Assembly (NCBI GenBank): GCA_001783335.1
Contig: MFLU01000002.1
Location: 4,948 to 68,947 of the forward strand
Direction: 5' to 3'
From: Candidatus Kaiserbacteria bacterium RIFCSPLOWO2_01_FULL_50_24
Lineage (GTDB): Bacteria; Patescibacteriota; Minisyncoccia; Phycocordibacterales; UBA2100
DNA: 64,000 nt
Part shown: one piece after another, positions 53,788-63,926 of the stretch
Numbering within the stretch: position 1 is the stretch's first letter
Layout: every line of letters starts with the position of its first letter
Notes under the pieces: generated by a model
Told to the model about the DNA's origin: nothing
What the model saw: only the letters and a program-made list of their open reading frames with translations
Database searches by the model: none
Program-made: the position numbers and the translations under genes

Positions 53788-55464
53788 TTACGCGAGTAAA
53801 AGGTCGGTAACGCGAAGCGCAAGTGCGTTCGCTCCACGATACGAATCACGCTCAAGTGTTGCGAGCGCGACAACAGAACGTCCCGGAGTTGGCGGCGCAG
53901 AGAAACTCTCCGGTGAAGTGAAAAATTGAAAACAGCGCACCGTGTGCCCCGACGTTTTGCATTCTAACGACACTTCAATATGTTCTTTCGCTTTTCCGAA
54001 TCGGCGCATTGCCGATACAGAGCCGCCGGAGATCCGCAGAATGGGTTTGGGATTTCCCATGCCGAACGGCGCAAGACGCGAGAGTTCTTGAAGGAGGTTC
54101 CACGAACAGTTGGGTAACGAAATTGCTGTATCCCACGCGGCTTTTTCTTCCGGTGCGTTTTGCCGAACGCCGGAGGCGGCACGCGCGAGTGTTTCGTGTA
54201 GGGTGTGAATATGTTCTGCGGAAACGGAAAAACCACCGGATGCTTTATGTCCGCCGTATTCCAGAAGCGCATCGTGCGCGTTTGCAAAAAGTTCTGTGAC
54301 GGATATGGAGCCGTCGGAGCGACATGAGCCCTTTATGGTACCGTTCGCGTCGCGCCCCCACAAACATACAACACCCGTGCGCTCCCCTAGCACGGAATTT
54401 GCCGCGAGCCCCAATAGTGCGGGTTTCCATTCGGTGTTACCGACAACAACAATACGTTCTTCTTTCGTAAAGCGGGCGCGTACTTTTCGTTTTGCTTCGC
54501 GCACCACGGCCCCCACGACGCCTTTTCTGGATGTGTTCAGGCGTTCAAGTTTCTGCGCAATACGTTCGGCCTCATCGGGACTTTGCGTGGTGAGGAGGCG
54601 TAGCGCGAGCTCCGGCTCGTCCATGCGCGACGCGGCGTTAATACGCGGGGCGATTGAAAAACCAATATCATCTTCGGTGAGCTCATTCTGGCGTATGTGC
54701 AAGAGGGTGCAGAGCGCGCGAATACCGAGGCGCGGGGATTTGCGGAGTACTTTTAATCCAAAATGTGCAAGCGCGCGATTTTCTCCGACGAGCGGAACCA
54801 TGTCTGCGACGGTGGCTATAGCGACGAGGTCCAGAAGCCACTTTTCCCACCCTTCTGCCACACTCGCAAACGCAAGTAAGTTGCGTTTGCGTCCCTCTGT
54901 AAGAGTGGCACACGCCAACTTCCACGCTACCGCCGTGCCGCAGAGGTCCGGAAACGGGTACACGCCAAGCTTCGGATTGAGAAACGCGGCGGCGTCCGGT
55001 ATTACACCCGTAATTTCGTGGTGGTCGGCAATGATAACGTCTATTCCTTTTTCTTTTGCAAAACGCACCGTGTCAGCCGCTCCACCTCCGACATCTATGG
55101 TAATGATGAGCGACACGCCGTCCGCCGCGAGCTTTTCCACTGCTCCTTTATGGAATCCGTATCCCTCTCGGTCGCGATGCGGAATGTACACGATGAAGTT
55201 TTCGTACCCGACTTTTTTGAGAAAATCGTGGAAAAGTGCGGCGCCCGGAATGCCGTCGCAGTCAAAGTCGGCGTATATCGCGATACGCTCTCCTCCTTGT
55301 ATGGCCGCGAGCAGTCGTGAAACCGCTCGCTCCATACCGAGAAACGCTAAGGGATCGTGTGTGTCGCGCTCATAATCTGGATTAAGAAATATCTCAACAT
55401 CATCCACTTTCGTTATTCCGCGTTTTTCCAAAAGTGTCCGAATGATATCGGTATTGCCTGGCAT
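53788..55464 (-). CDS. recJ: Single-stranded-DNA-specific exonuclease RecJ
   Basis: DHH motifs (IAIYADFDCDGIPGAALF, IITIDVGGG, IIADHHE) and a DHHA1 region. Confidence 0.85.
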   Translation of the reverse strand: MPGNTDIIRTLLEKRGITKVDDVEIFLNPDYERDTHDPLAFLGMERAVSRLLAAIQGGERIAIYADFDCDGIPGAALFHDFLKKVGYENFIVYIPHRDREGYGFHKGAVEKLAADGVSLIITIDVGGGAADTVRFAKEKGIDVIIADHHEITGVIPDAAAFLNPKLGVYPFPDLCGTAVAWKLACATLTEGRKRNLLAFASVAEGWEKWLLDLVAIATVADMVPLVGENRALAHFGLKVLRKSPRLGIRALCTLLHIRQNELTEDDIGFSIAPRINAASRMDEPELALRLLTTQSPDEAERIAQKLERLNTSRKGVVGAVVREAKRKVRARFTKEERIVVVGNTEWKPALLGLAANSVLGERTGVVCLWGRDANGTIKGSCRSDGSISVTELFANAHDALLEYGGHKASGGFSVSAEHIHTLHETLARAASGVRQNAPEEKAAWDTAISLPNCSWNLLQELSRLAPFGMGNPKPILRISGGSVSAMRRFGKAKEHIEVSLECKTSGHTVRCFQFFTSPESFSAPPTPGRSVVALATLERDSYRGANALALRVTDLLLA

Positions 55465-55489
55465 GGCTTTGCATTATACGCTATGCGAT

Positions 55490-55957
55490 ATGTCTTCCAA
55501 TTGCATATTCTGCAAAATAGTTTCTGGCGAAGCGTCGGGACACACAATATGGGAGGACGAGAAACACCTCGCGTTTCTAAGTATCTTTCCGAATACCGAG
55601 GGCGTTTCCGTTGTTATCACCAAAAAACACCATCCAAGCTATGTGGCTGATTTACCGGACGAGATTTCCAACGCTCTACTTTCTGCCGCGAAAAAGGTCG
55701 CGAAGAAAATAGACGCCGCGTTTGATGACGTAGACCGCACCGGACTGGTGTTTGAAGGGTTTGGTGTGGACCATATTCACGTAAAGTTATTCCCGCTTCA
55801 TGGAACAAAAAGCGATACATGGGAACAAAGAAGCAGCGACGTGGACAAATATTTTGAAGTGTACGAGGGTCACATTTCCTCGCACGACTACAAGCGTGCT
55901 GACGACGCGGAACTTGCCGCTCTCGCAGAAAAAATCCGTGCTACAAAAACGCAGTGA
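55490..55957 (+). CDS. HIT-family (histidine triad) hydrolase
   Basis: CIFCKI N-terminus and HIT motif GVDHIHVKLFP. Confidence 0.75.
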   Translation: MSSNCIFCKIVSGEASGHTIWEDEKHLAFLSIFPNTEGVSVVITKKHHPSYVADLPDEISNALLSAAKKVAKKIDAAFDDVDRTGLVFEGFGVDHIHVKLFPLHGTKSDTWEQRSSDVDKYFEVYEGHISSHDYKRADDAELAALAEKIRATKTQ

Positions 55958-55965
55958 TTTTTGGT

Positions 55966-56004
55966 GTGTACACTTTTACTCACCATGGTGAGTAAAAGTG
56001 TACA
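55966..56004. other. Perfect palindrome GTGTACACTTTTACTCACC-ATGG-GGTGAGTAAAAGTGTACAC between convergent hit and pgk genes (non-canonical terminator)
   Basis: The stem was read directly. The T-tracts precede rather than follow the stem in both transcription directions. Confidence 0.4.
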
Positions 56005-56082
56005 GCTCGCTATCGACAAAAAATAACCGCGATGCCGATTTGTTGGCGTCGCGGTCTGTGGGAGTTCAACCCACACAGGGAA

Positions 56083-57207
56083 TCAGCCGAGGGCTTTAAT
56101 TGCGGGTAGCGTTCTCTTTAACAAATACTCCAACATGGCACCGCCGCCGGTTGAGACGAAGCCGAGGTTTTTGAGCGGCACGCCGGCTTTTTCTATTGCG
56201 GCGATGGTGTCCCCCCCGCCGATAATTTTTTCGGCGCCACTCTTGGAGATGAACTCGGCAATTGTTTGTGTTTGCGCATTAAAACCATGCTCAAAAATCC
56301 CCGTCGGGCCGTTCCAGAGAATAAACTTTGCTTTTTCAATAAGTGGAGCGAGCTCTGCTACACTCTCTGGTCCGATATCTGCGATTAGGTCGTCCTCAAG
56401 GACTGCCCTCGGTTTTTTGGTTAATACCTGCCCGTCTAAGCGCTCCACCACCACATCGTCCGGCGCGAGAAGGCGCGGATGATTTGCCACTTTTTCATCC
56501 GGCGCGTGTTCTGAAACGCGCGAGCGTCCCACCGGAAAGCCGCGTGCTTTCAAGACATCGTTTGCGATGGCGCCGACGACGCATACATCGTCGTAACTTT
56601 GGAGAAACAACTGTATGACAGGGTCTTTCGTTTCAAATTTTGCGCCGCCGATTATCGCAAGCGACGGCCTCGGCGGTTTCAGCGCTTTCGCAAGGTGTTC
56701 TACTTCGTCGCGAAGCAAGAGCCCCGCGTATGATGGAAGTAGCTTGGGAAGGCGCACCATGGATGCGTGCTCGCGGTGCGAGTTTGAGAATGCATCGTTT
56801 ACATAGAGGTCGCCGAGTTGCGCGAGTTCTCCCGCGAAGAGCCCGTCGTTCGCCACCTCGCGCTCGTCGCGGCGAAGATTTTCAAGGAGGAGGACATCGC
56901 CCTCTTTCATTGCCTCTACTGCGGCGCGTGCTTGTGTGCCGGAAATATCCGGCACATATATCACAGGTAGAAATTTTTTAAGCGCGCGCGCAACTGGCGC
57001 GTTTGTGTCTTCCGGTTTGCGCCCTATATGTGAGAGAATAACGACGCGCGCGCCCGCGTCTTTCAGAAGTTTCAACGTGGGCAACCCTTTTTCAATACGA
57101 AACACTTCCGACACCTCTCCATCTGTAAGCGCAACATCAAATCCCGCGCGCACCAAAACGCGCTTGCCGTGCAATCGCTCGGCCGGCAGCTCGTTAACGT
57201 AACGCAT
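56083..57207 (-). CDS. pgk: Phosphoglycerate kinase
   Basis: 374 aa. N-domain KRVLVRAGFDV and ILSHIGRKPE, and a C-domain GGGDTIAAIEKAG-type nucleotide motif. Confidence 0.9.
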   Translation of the reverse strand: MRYVNELPAERLHGKRVLVRAGFDVALTDGEVSEVFRIEKGLPTLKLLKDAGARVVILSHIGRKPEDTNAPVARALKKFLPVIYVPDISGTQARAAVEAMKEGDVLLLENLRRDEREVANDGLFAGELAQLGDLYVNDAFSNSHREHASMVRLPKLLPSYAGLLLRDEVEHLAKALKPPRPSLAIIGGAKFETKDPVIQLFLQSYDDVCVVGAIANDVLKARGFPVGRSRVSEHAPDEKVANHPRLLAPDDVVVERLDGQVLTKKPRAVLEDDLIADIGPESVAELAPLIEKAKFILWNGPTGIFEHGFNAQTQTIAEFISKSGAEKIIGGGDTIAAIEKAGVPLKNLGFVSTGGGAMLEYLLKRTLPAIKALG

Positions 57208-57952
57208 TAAAAAGGGCCGTTACTTTTTTAATATTCGTACTCGAGCGGCCGACAAGGAAACCTCCAATGTCGCCCTGTGCGAGCATATCGCGCGCGTTTC
57301 CCGCGTCTATCGCGCCGCCGTAAAGAATCATTGGGAACGTGCTGACCTGCGCGGGAGCGTACATCTCAGCGATGCATTTCCGTATGAAAATCACCATTTC
57401 CTGCATGTCGTTCGGCTTCATTGCTTCCTCCGCGCCGATGGCCCATACCGGCTCATAAGCAACCAGAGTGCTCGCTATTCTTTTTTGCGGCACGTTCGTG
57501 TATGCGGAGTGCAACTGTTCTTTTACGACCCCAAAATATTCTCCGGAATCCGAGCGTTCTTTTTCTCCTATGCAAATGATTGGCACAACGCCGGAAGTGA
57601 GCGCTGCCGCAACTTTCTTGCGTACATCATCGTTCATTTCTCCCGCCGCACGCCGCTCCGCGTGCCCGATGATTGCGTACGCCACCCCCGTATCTTTCGC
57701 CTGCGCGTATGATATCTCTCCTGTGTGCGCGCCACTTTTTTCAAAATGTGCGTTCTGTACTGCAAACGCGGCATTCCGCCCGCGCCTTCCCTTCGCGAGT
57801 GGAGATAAAAATACCGCCGGGGGTGCCACGACTACCCTAACTCCGCGCGCCCCCACTGCCGCTTTCTTTGTTGCTGCGTACAACTTTTTCGCCTCCTTTA
57901 ACGAAGGCGGATTCATCTTCCAATTCGCTACGATAGTTGTTTTATCAATCAT
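57194..57952 (-). CDS. tpiA: Triosephosphate isomerase
   Basis: VANWKMN, AIIGHAERR, and AYEPVWAIGAEEA / GGAID-type motifs. It overlaps the pgk start. Confidence 0.9.
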   Translation of the reverse strand: MIDKTTIVANWKMNPPSLKEAKKLYAATKKAAVGARGVRVVVAPPAVFLSPLAKGRRGRNAAFAVQNAHFEKSGAHTGEISYAQAKDTGVAYAIIGHAERRAAGEMNDDVRKKVAAALTSGVVPIICIGEKERSDSGEYFGVVKEQLHSAYTNVPQKRIASTLVAYEPVWAIGAEEAMKPNDMQEMVIFIRKCIAEMYAPAQVSTFPMILYGGAIDAGNARDMLAQGDIGGFLVGRSSTNIKKVTALFNALR

Positions 57953-58251
57953 ACAGATTCATTTTCTGCCGAAAATGTTCGAGCGAAGCGAGATTACATT
58001 TTCGAGCATCCATGCATCATTTTGCAGTTTGCATGGTCTGCAAAATGGTGCTGGGCAATTTGCAACGACAACCACTTTTGACATAAAACGATTGTACCAT
58101 CTTACTGGTATGCGCCGAGAATGCCCAGCGCTTGTGCGCGGGGATCGACTGGCGGTCCGTTTTTACTTGGTGATTTGTGTCCATGGCAAGGCCTTGCCTT
58201 GCCATATACAGACACACTGGCAATTCTGCATCCACCACCCTAAGTGGAGGA

Positions 58252-58352
58252 GGCGCACCCGCTTGGGAGACTTAATCGTAGCGGAGCCCAGCACCACTTT
58301 TTGTACACAAAAAGTGGTGCTGGACGTGAGCGGTCTCCCAAGCAGGTGCGCC
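58252..58352. repeat. Family D structured element, copy 2 (closing inverted repeat GGCGCACCCGCTTGGGAGAC / GTCTCCCAAGCAGGTGCGCC, with a different inner hairpin CCCAGCACCACTTTTTGT-ACA-CAAAAAGTGGTGCTGG)
   Basis: Read directly. It shares TTAATCGTAGCGGAG and GACGTGAGCG internal-loop strands with copy 1. Confidence 0.5.
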
Positions 58353-58361
58353 GACGGAGCG

Positions 58362-59789
58362 TTATTTCTCTCTCCACAAAGCAAACCGATAATCCGTTGA
58401 AGTGATTGGAGTAAATGGTGGTGGAGAAAATGCGAGCCGTTGGTCGTAGTAGTCGTTGCGTGTTTGGAAACCGTTGCCGTCCGTCCATGAGGTTCCGGTG
58501 CGACCGTTTGAAATCACGGTGCCTATAGTTGTGAGCGTATCCCGCTTTGCATATGGGTCATACTGTGATGGGAGCCAACTGGTGCTGTGGTAGTCGCGCC
58601 CGTAGTGGCCACTCTGTGCGACGAAGATGCCGTGGATTTCCATAACATCCGGTATGACAAGCGGCAAAAGAACGTTGCGTTCGGCGACGAGTGTGAGTCC
58701 GTCGCTCCCATCATACGAAGCATAGTAAATATTGTTGTTCAAGTAGATATCGGGAGCAGTGCTGGAATCGTCCGGCGTTGCGGCGATAAGCGTCACCTTG
58801 CCATTGACCGTTCCCTCAACCCACACACGGTCTTCAAAAAACATAAGTGAGCACGCGGGAGGAATTGCGAACGTGCCAAGAAGTGTTTGTCCGGTGATGA
58901 TGCTGTACTGCGTTTGGTACCCCCACTGACTTGAATAACTTAAGTAGCCATTTGTTCCCGTTACGCGATAAATCGTAACCGTGCCGTCTGCATTAAAAAT
59001 CACATGATAACCCCGATTATTTACGCTTCCCGTTGCGGGACCATAGTGAATACCTCCTTCGGTTTCCGCACGTGTTTCCAAGTCGGTAAAATTTACACCA
59101 ATCGCAGAAAAATCGATACTTGGAACCGGGTACGTCCAAAGTGCGGGGTTAGAACCGACCCCGAAAACTCCCGCTTGCGTAGAGGGACATCCGGGACCTG
59201 CGTCACACGTCCACGATGCGACGGAGCTCATGACATCGGAATTGTGTACTGCGTCCATGCGCACGCCGCCGTTTGAGTGGTACGGTCCGCGAATAGTGCG
59301 TGATGATCCAGCCCACACGTTCGTGTTCACAACGTATGAGTACTCTGCCGCGGAATACTGCATATATCGTGCTGAAAGCGTACGCGGGAATATAGGGTTT
59401 GCGTTTGCGCGTCCCTCGGAAACAATATCAACCCACTGTACGGCACCGCACTGCAATTGTGCCGATGCGGTTATCTCGGCGCTGCCAAGTTCCCCGCCCT
59501 CGGGGTCGCTCAAGGTGTAGGTGTACGGACTCACCAACCCCGCGCCGCCTTCCATAATTTCCGGATTGTGTGCGAGGAACCATCGGTAATACTCTAGCCC
59601 CGCTTCGGCGGCGTTCTGCGCAACTTCTCGGGCGTAAATGGCGCGCCCGTATTTTGCCTGCGTGAGCGCGTAGCTTCCCAGTGCCCCGAGGATGAGGGCG
59701 AAGACGCCCATAAAACCGAGAACAAGGAGGACGGTGACACCCCGTGAACTAGAACGTAGATTGTAGATTGTAGATTGTAGAGGACGCAT
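58362..59789 (-). CDS. Pilin-like secreted protein (SRG|VTVLLVLG N-terminus; Glu+5 absent), possible minor pilin or adhesin
   Basis: N-terminal SSRGVTVLLVLGFMGVFALILG resembles the class III signal of the two downstream pilin genes. It has a large beta-rich domain. Last gene of the pilC cluster. Confidence 0.4.
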   Translation of the reverse strand: MRPLQSTIYNLRSSSRGVTVLLVLGFMGVFALILGALGSYALTQAKYGRAIYAREVAQNAAEAGLEYYRWFLAHNPEIMEGGAGLVSPYTYTLSDPEGGELGSAEITASAQLQCGAVQWVDIVSEGRANANPIFPRTLSARYMQYSAAEYSYVVNTNVWAGSSRTIRGPYHSNGGVRMDAVHNSDVMSSVASWTCDAGPGCPSTQAGVFGVGSNPALWTYPVPSIDFSAIGVNFTDLETRAETEGGIHYGPATGSVNNRGYHVIFNADGTVTIYRVTGTNGYLSYSSQWGYQTQYSIITGQTLLGTFAIPPACSLMFFEDRVWVEGTVNGKVTLIAATPDDSSTAPDIYLNNNIYYASYDGSDGLTLVAERNVLLPLVIPDVMEIHGIFVAQSGHYGRDYHSTSWLPSQYDPYAKRDTLTTIGTVISNGRTGTSWTDGNGFQTRNDYYDQRLAFSPPPFTPITSTDYRFALWREK

Positions 59790-59891
59790 AAGAGTATCTC
59801 TTGTTTAATTTTACTACCTTCCACTTTCTACAAACTAGTTTATGGTTGGATTTTATTTCTACGCTCTACGTTCTACGAACTACGTACTAAT

Positions 59892-60536
59892 TTATTTTCC
59901 CGCCAAGTTTCTTATCGACGCAGACGACTGAAGCGTGAGTTCGTTCGGAAGCGCTGTCTCGTTAACATTCACAACGAGCGTTACCACAACGAAGCGCACC
60001 GCGGTCCAGTTGTCATAGTTTGTTATCTCACTCCCCAGTTCGTCAAAGTAGCGGAACGTAACGATGTCTTGGGCAACATTGCGCACGTTATCGGCGAGCA
60101 CCGACACCGTTTCTGGTTCAGTATAATCCGGCGGGTTTCCTGTTGCTTTTACGATGCCGCGCATGAGATTCGTTTCGTCAAGATAGTAATGCACGCGCTC
60201 AATGAGGGCATCGGTGTCCACATCGGCATAAAATACAAAGTCATTCTCCGCGATGGAGTGAATGGGAAACGCTCCCTGGCTTGAGTACGCGCTTTCTCGT
60301 ATGACGCGCACGGTTTGTTCCAACCCGCGTTGGGCAGAGGAAACCGCAGTGGCCTGCTCAATCGCATATCTGTTTGTTTTGTAAAAATAAAGGAGTGTTG
60401 TAACGATTGCAATCATGGCGGCGGTGAATACCGCTATCCACACAAGTGTTTCTATCAACGTGAGCCCCCGACACCTTTCATAGCATGGCTCTCTGTGTTG
60501 CCTCACGAAACTCATTGCAAAAAAACCGCGGTTCAT
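59892..60536 (-). CDS. Type IV minor pilin / pseudopilin
   Basis: Prepilin motif RG|LTLIETLVWIAVFTAAMIAIV (Glu+5). Confidence 0.6.
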   Translation of the reverse strand: MNRGFFAMSFVRQHREPCYERCRGLTLIETLVWIAVFTAAMIAIVTTLLYFYKTNRYAIEQATAVSSAQRGLEQTVRVIRESAYSSQGAFPIHSIAENDFVFYADVDTDALIERVHYYLDETNLMRGIVKATGNPPDYTEPETVSVLADNVRNVAQDIVTFRYFDELGSEITNYDNWTAVRFVVVTLVVNVNETALPNELTLQSSASIRNLAGK

Positions 60537-62344
60537 AGTGGGTTTAGGACGACGGAGAGACGCGTCGCGTCGTTCACGTCTATGTTCGTGGAATGTTCCT
60601 GAAATCCGGCTTTAGTTATTGTTGTACCGTAGGTACTCTCCGTAAGGCCTCCGAAGTATGATTGCCCGCACGCACTGGTGTTTTTTGTCTCATCGTAACC
60701 GGATTTCGTCAGTCGCACCGACGCGTTCGTCAAAAGCGTACCCGCATTGTCGCGCACGTCTATAAGGAGAGAGTGGGCGCTTGCCGATACGATAAAGACT
60801 TCTGTTGCTTGCGTGGTACCCGGCGACAAAACTTCCGGTTGCGGCGCGCATGCCTCGTAGAGCGAGTATCCTGTAGTGCTCGCAACGCGAATCGTATACG
60901 TATCCCACTCCATGTTTTGAAGTGTAATTCTGCCGTCGCTTCCGGTTATATGCTCCTCGTCGTACTTATATACGGAAGGGTTGTTTCCTATCGCTTTGTT
61001 TCCGCGGAGCGTAAACGTTTTATTCGGGGCAGACTCACGGTATGTATAGTTGACCGTCCACTCATCTACGGCAGGAATTCCTGCCGGCGGTTCCGCCATT
61101 AAGACCGCATGGACGCGGATACTTGGATACTGTGTGTGGGAAACACTTGAAATATCAACTGGAGAATTGGTAAATCCCACGTCGTTTCCCGGGAGGGCGC
61201 TTTCCGGCACAGGGGCGCTTCCATCGCCCATATATATATGGTAGAAGACCTCCGTTTCTCCCGGCTCGGAGTCGTTCCACGAGAGCGTTTTCCAGCCGGT
61301 AAGATTCTGCGGAGTGATAGCGATTGATTGCGCGGATGCGGAGGGGGGGTATGGCGCCGAGCCGGCTACACGTATCCGTCCGCCACTCACTTCAGTGTCT
61401 TGCATGAGTGCGAGCTTTTCGTCGTTGTTGAATTCATCGGTCCACACCCCGTTCACGTCATATAAGAACATTTCAACGGTTTTTGTTGAGATGTAGTCAA
61501 TTGCAAATACTGCCGAGGTGGTTTGATCATCCGCAACCGTGAGATGTCGCGGGTCTGGGTTTGGATTTTCTACGGAGACCGGATACGTTTGCGCGCTTGA
61601 ATAGCCTGGCTTTAACACCGTGATTTGGTAGTCACTCGCCGCGGGAGCGCCGATGAAATTCACCATTCCATCCGCGTTAGTAAATGTGCGGATGCTTATT
61701 GCGGGTGCCGTCGTGGTGTTAATGATGTCCACTTGCGCGTTTGATACAGGCGCGGCCGCTTCGTTTACCGCGCCTATAACGAGCGTGCCGCCAGGAACAT
61801 CGGTTTCAACGCCGTACGGTGACACGCGTCCCACAAGGGCGACGCTACGCGCTCCTTGCCGCGACATCCACTCTGCCTCCACACGCATCGTTTTGTAATC
61901 GGCGGTAATTTCGTTTTCATCGTCTTCTCCAAGTCCATCATTGGGGTCGTCTGAATAGAGTACGATAGTGCGGCGTGTGTATGAGATGCTGTTTAAGAAA
62001 ACCTCCTCCTCTTGCGGCACATTGCCGGCAGGTATGCCTCCGATGACACCTATTTGCGTATACGAAAGAGAGCGCAAGTATTCCATGCGCTCGTTCGCAA
62101 GTGCGATGGCACCCGCCCGCGCCTTGTTGTTGGTCACTACGTTTACGGACAGCTGAAACGCCGCCGCGATTCCCAAAAACACGACGAGCATTAATGCGGT
62201 TCCTACGAGCGTATCCAGCAACGTCACTCCGCGAGAGTGTCGCAAGGTAAGCCCGTGCAAAAACTTTGGCTTCTGTATTTTTGCCGAGACGCGCAACGCA
62301 GTCACAGCAACCGTTCGTTCTTCTACGTGCAATGAGTTATACAT
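60533..62344 (-). CDS. Large type IV minor pilin-like protein (prepilin motif SRG|VTLLDTLVGTALMLVVFLG), about 600 aa with beta-rich repeat domains
   Basis: Start chosen at MYNSLHVEE. The annotated upstream extension to 62395 reads through a duplicated pilin 5' fragment in another frame. Confidence 0.55.
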   Translation of the reverse strand: MYNSLHVEERTVAVTALRVSAKIQKPKFLHGLTLRHSRGVTLLDTLVGTALMLVVFLGIAAAFQLSVNVVTNNKARAGAIALANERMEYLRSLSYTQIGVIGGIPAGNVPQEEEVFLNSISYTRRTIVLYSDDPNDGLGEDDENEITADYKTMRVEAEWMSRQGARSVALVGRVSPYGVETDVPGGTLVIGAVNEAAAPVSNAQVDIINTTTAPAISIRTFTNADGMVNFIGAPAASDYQITVLKPGYSSAQTYPVSVENPNPDPRHLTVADDQTTSAVFAIDYISTKTVEMFLYDVNGVWTDEFNNDEKLALMQDTEVSGGRIRVAGSAPYPPSASAQSIAITPQNLTGWKTLSWNDSEPGETEVFYHIYMGDGSAPVPESALPGNDVGFTNSPVDISSVSHTQYPSIRVHAVLMAEPPAGIPAVDEWTVNYTYRESAPNKTFTLRGNKAIGNNPSVYKYDEEHITGSDGRITLQNMEWDTYTIRVASTTGYSLYEACAPQPEVLSPGTTQATEVFIVSASAHSLLIDVRDNAGTLLTNASVRLTKSGYDETKNTSACGQSYFGGLTESTYGTTITKAGFQEHSTNIDVNDATRLSVVLNPL

Positions 62345-62594
62345 ACCCGTTTCCTTCGGCAAAGCCAAAGTTTGTTGCTGGGCCGAGAAACACAACGAGC
62401 ATTAGCGCTGTGCCGACGAGGGTATCAAGGAGGGTGATGCCTCTTGAAGCATCGATTGCGCATCGTCTAAACCACAGCACCATTATTGTCTTTCTAATAA
62501 CGGTTGATACGCGTTGCTTACAGAGCTTTTTATTTTTGTTGATAGGCGATCTCATTGTCAATAATGGTGCTGGGTTAAGAAAAACAGAACCCAT
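62337..62594 (-). pseudogene. Duplicated pilin N-terminal fragment (mini-ORF encoding ...DASRG|ITLLDTLVGTALMLVVFLG then a stop after 14 more codons)
   Basis: The motif is near-identical to the N-terminus of the downstream large pilin, so this is a tandem 5'-end duplication. It may be a remnant or an expressed truncated pilin. Confidence 0.35.
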
Positions 62595-62708
62595 CTCAAA
62601 TTTAACGCAGCAAAGTTTGCGCGGACATGAAGATGATTTGTGAGTCTGTCTTTTTTGCGAAGTGAGTCATAAAGATTGGGAAAGGTGCTGGGCAAGCTTC
62701 TTGTTTTT

Positions 62709-63926
62709 CTAAATGTTTTCTGACAGAGAGTAAATCGGTGAAATCATGGATATGGCGAAGAAGCCGACGGCGCCGCCGATTGCCACCATTAAAAACGGCT
62801 CTATGATTGTTGAGAGGTCTTTTGTTTTTCGGTCTACCTCATTTTCGTAGTATTCGGCGAGACGCCTCAGCATCTCGGTGAGTTGTCCGGTCTCCTCTCC
62901 CACTGAAACCATTTCTCCAACAAACGGCGGATAGAGGTGTTCATTTTTAGAAAAGGTCGCAGAGAGGGATTCGCCAGCGCTCACGCGCCTCTCTGCGTCC
63001 TCCAGGACATCGCGAAAATACGAATTTTGAACAACTTCGCCCGTTATCTCAAGTGCCGCGAGCACGTTTATTCCGGAAGAGAGGAGAGACGAGAGCGTTC
63101 GGCTGGTGCGCGCGGCGTTTACCTCGCGCACGATGGTGCCAATCGCCGGTGTCCCCAAAAGTGCTTTATCAAACAGTCGTCTTCCCACCTTACTTTTTAG
63201 TCCTGCGTATATGCCGATAGTCACAACACATAGGAGCACGAGCGCGAGAATCGTGTGTTCCACAAGAAAGTTACTGATTGCGATAACTGCCTGCGTTGAG
63301 GCGGGAAGGTCCGCATTCATTTCTTCAAACGTGTTCGCAAGGGTGGGTACCACCTCTACCATCATGAGGGTGCCGATGCCTATAATCGCTGTTATTACTA
63401 TTGCTGGATAAATCAGCGCGCTCTGCACTTTCTTTTTAAGCGTATGCACGCGCTCCATTTGGTCTGCGATTGTTTTGAGCGCTCCGGGAAGCTCTCCTCC
63501 CTCTTCTCCGGCGCGTACCATAGCGATAAAGAGTGACGAGAATACACGCGGAAATTTTTCAAGCGCCGCATGCAGGGATTCGCCACGGCGCACGCTTCCC
63601 AAGATCTCGGCAATTGTTGCGGATAGTTTTGGATTTTTTGTCTGCCGCTCCATAACGGCAAGCGCGCGCGCGAGTGAGAGCCCCGCAGAGAGCATGGCAC
63701 CGAGGTTTCTCGCGAAAAGAATCTTATTTTGCTCCGAAACATTTGAAATTTTGGAGTTCCAATATGCAAACGACAATACATTCCCGTTCCGGTATTCCTC
63801 TATGGAAAGTATTTTTCCGCCCTCGCGGCGCACCACCTGATAGAGTTCAAACCTATCTCCCGCCTCCGCGGTGCTACGGTATACTTCGCCGCCTTGCCTC
63901 TCGGCGGTGTAGGTGAAACGAGCCAT
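62709..63926 (-). CDS. pilC: Type IV pilus inner-membrane platform protein PilC (GspF family)
   Basis: 405 aa with two GspF repeats (ILFARNLGAMLSAGLSLARAL... and TLSSLLSSGINVLAALEITGEVV) and three TM segments. Confidence 0.85.
   Translation of the reverse strand: MARFTYTAERQGGEVYRSTAEAGDRFELYQVVRREGGKILSIEEYRNGNVLSFAYWNSKISNVSEQNKILFARNLGAMLSAGLSLARALAVMERQTKNPKLSATIAEILGSVRRGESLHAALEKFPRVFSSLFIAMVRAGEEGGELPGALKTIADQMERVHTLKKKVQSALIYPAIVITAIIGIGTLMMVEVVPTLANTFEEMNADLPASTQAVIAISNFLVEHTILALVLLCVVTIGIYAGLKSKVGRRLFDKALLGTPAIGTIVREVNAARTSRTLSSLLSSGINVLAALEITGEVVQNSYFRDVLEDAERRVSAGESLSATFSKNEHLYPPFVGEMVSVGEETGQLTEMLRRLAEYYENEVDRKTKDLSTIIEPFLMVAIGGAVGFFAISMISPIYSLSENI

Noticed and set aside
55966-56004. 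Bidirectional intrinsic terminator between hit and pgk.
   Set aside because: The perfect hairpin exists, but the T-tracts lie on the 5' side of the stem in both transcription directions. It is kept only as a palindrome or non-canonical terminator.
60533-62395. Annotated 620-aa ORF start at 62395 (MCFSAQQQ...).
   Set aside because: The first 17 codons read through the duplicated pilin fragment in a different frame. The start at MYNSLHVEE (62344) is preferred, although a frameshifted fusion with the upstream mini-ORF cannot be excluded.
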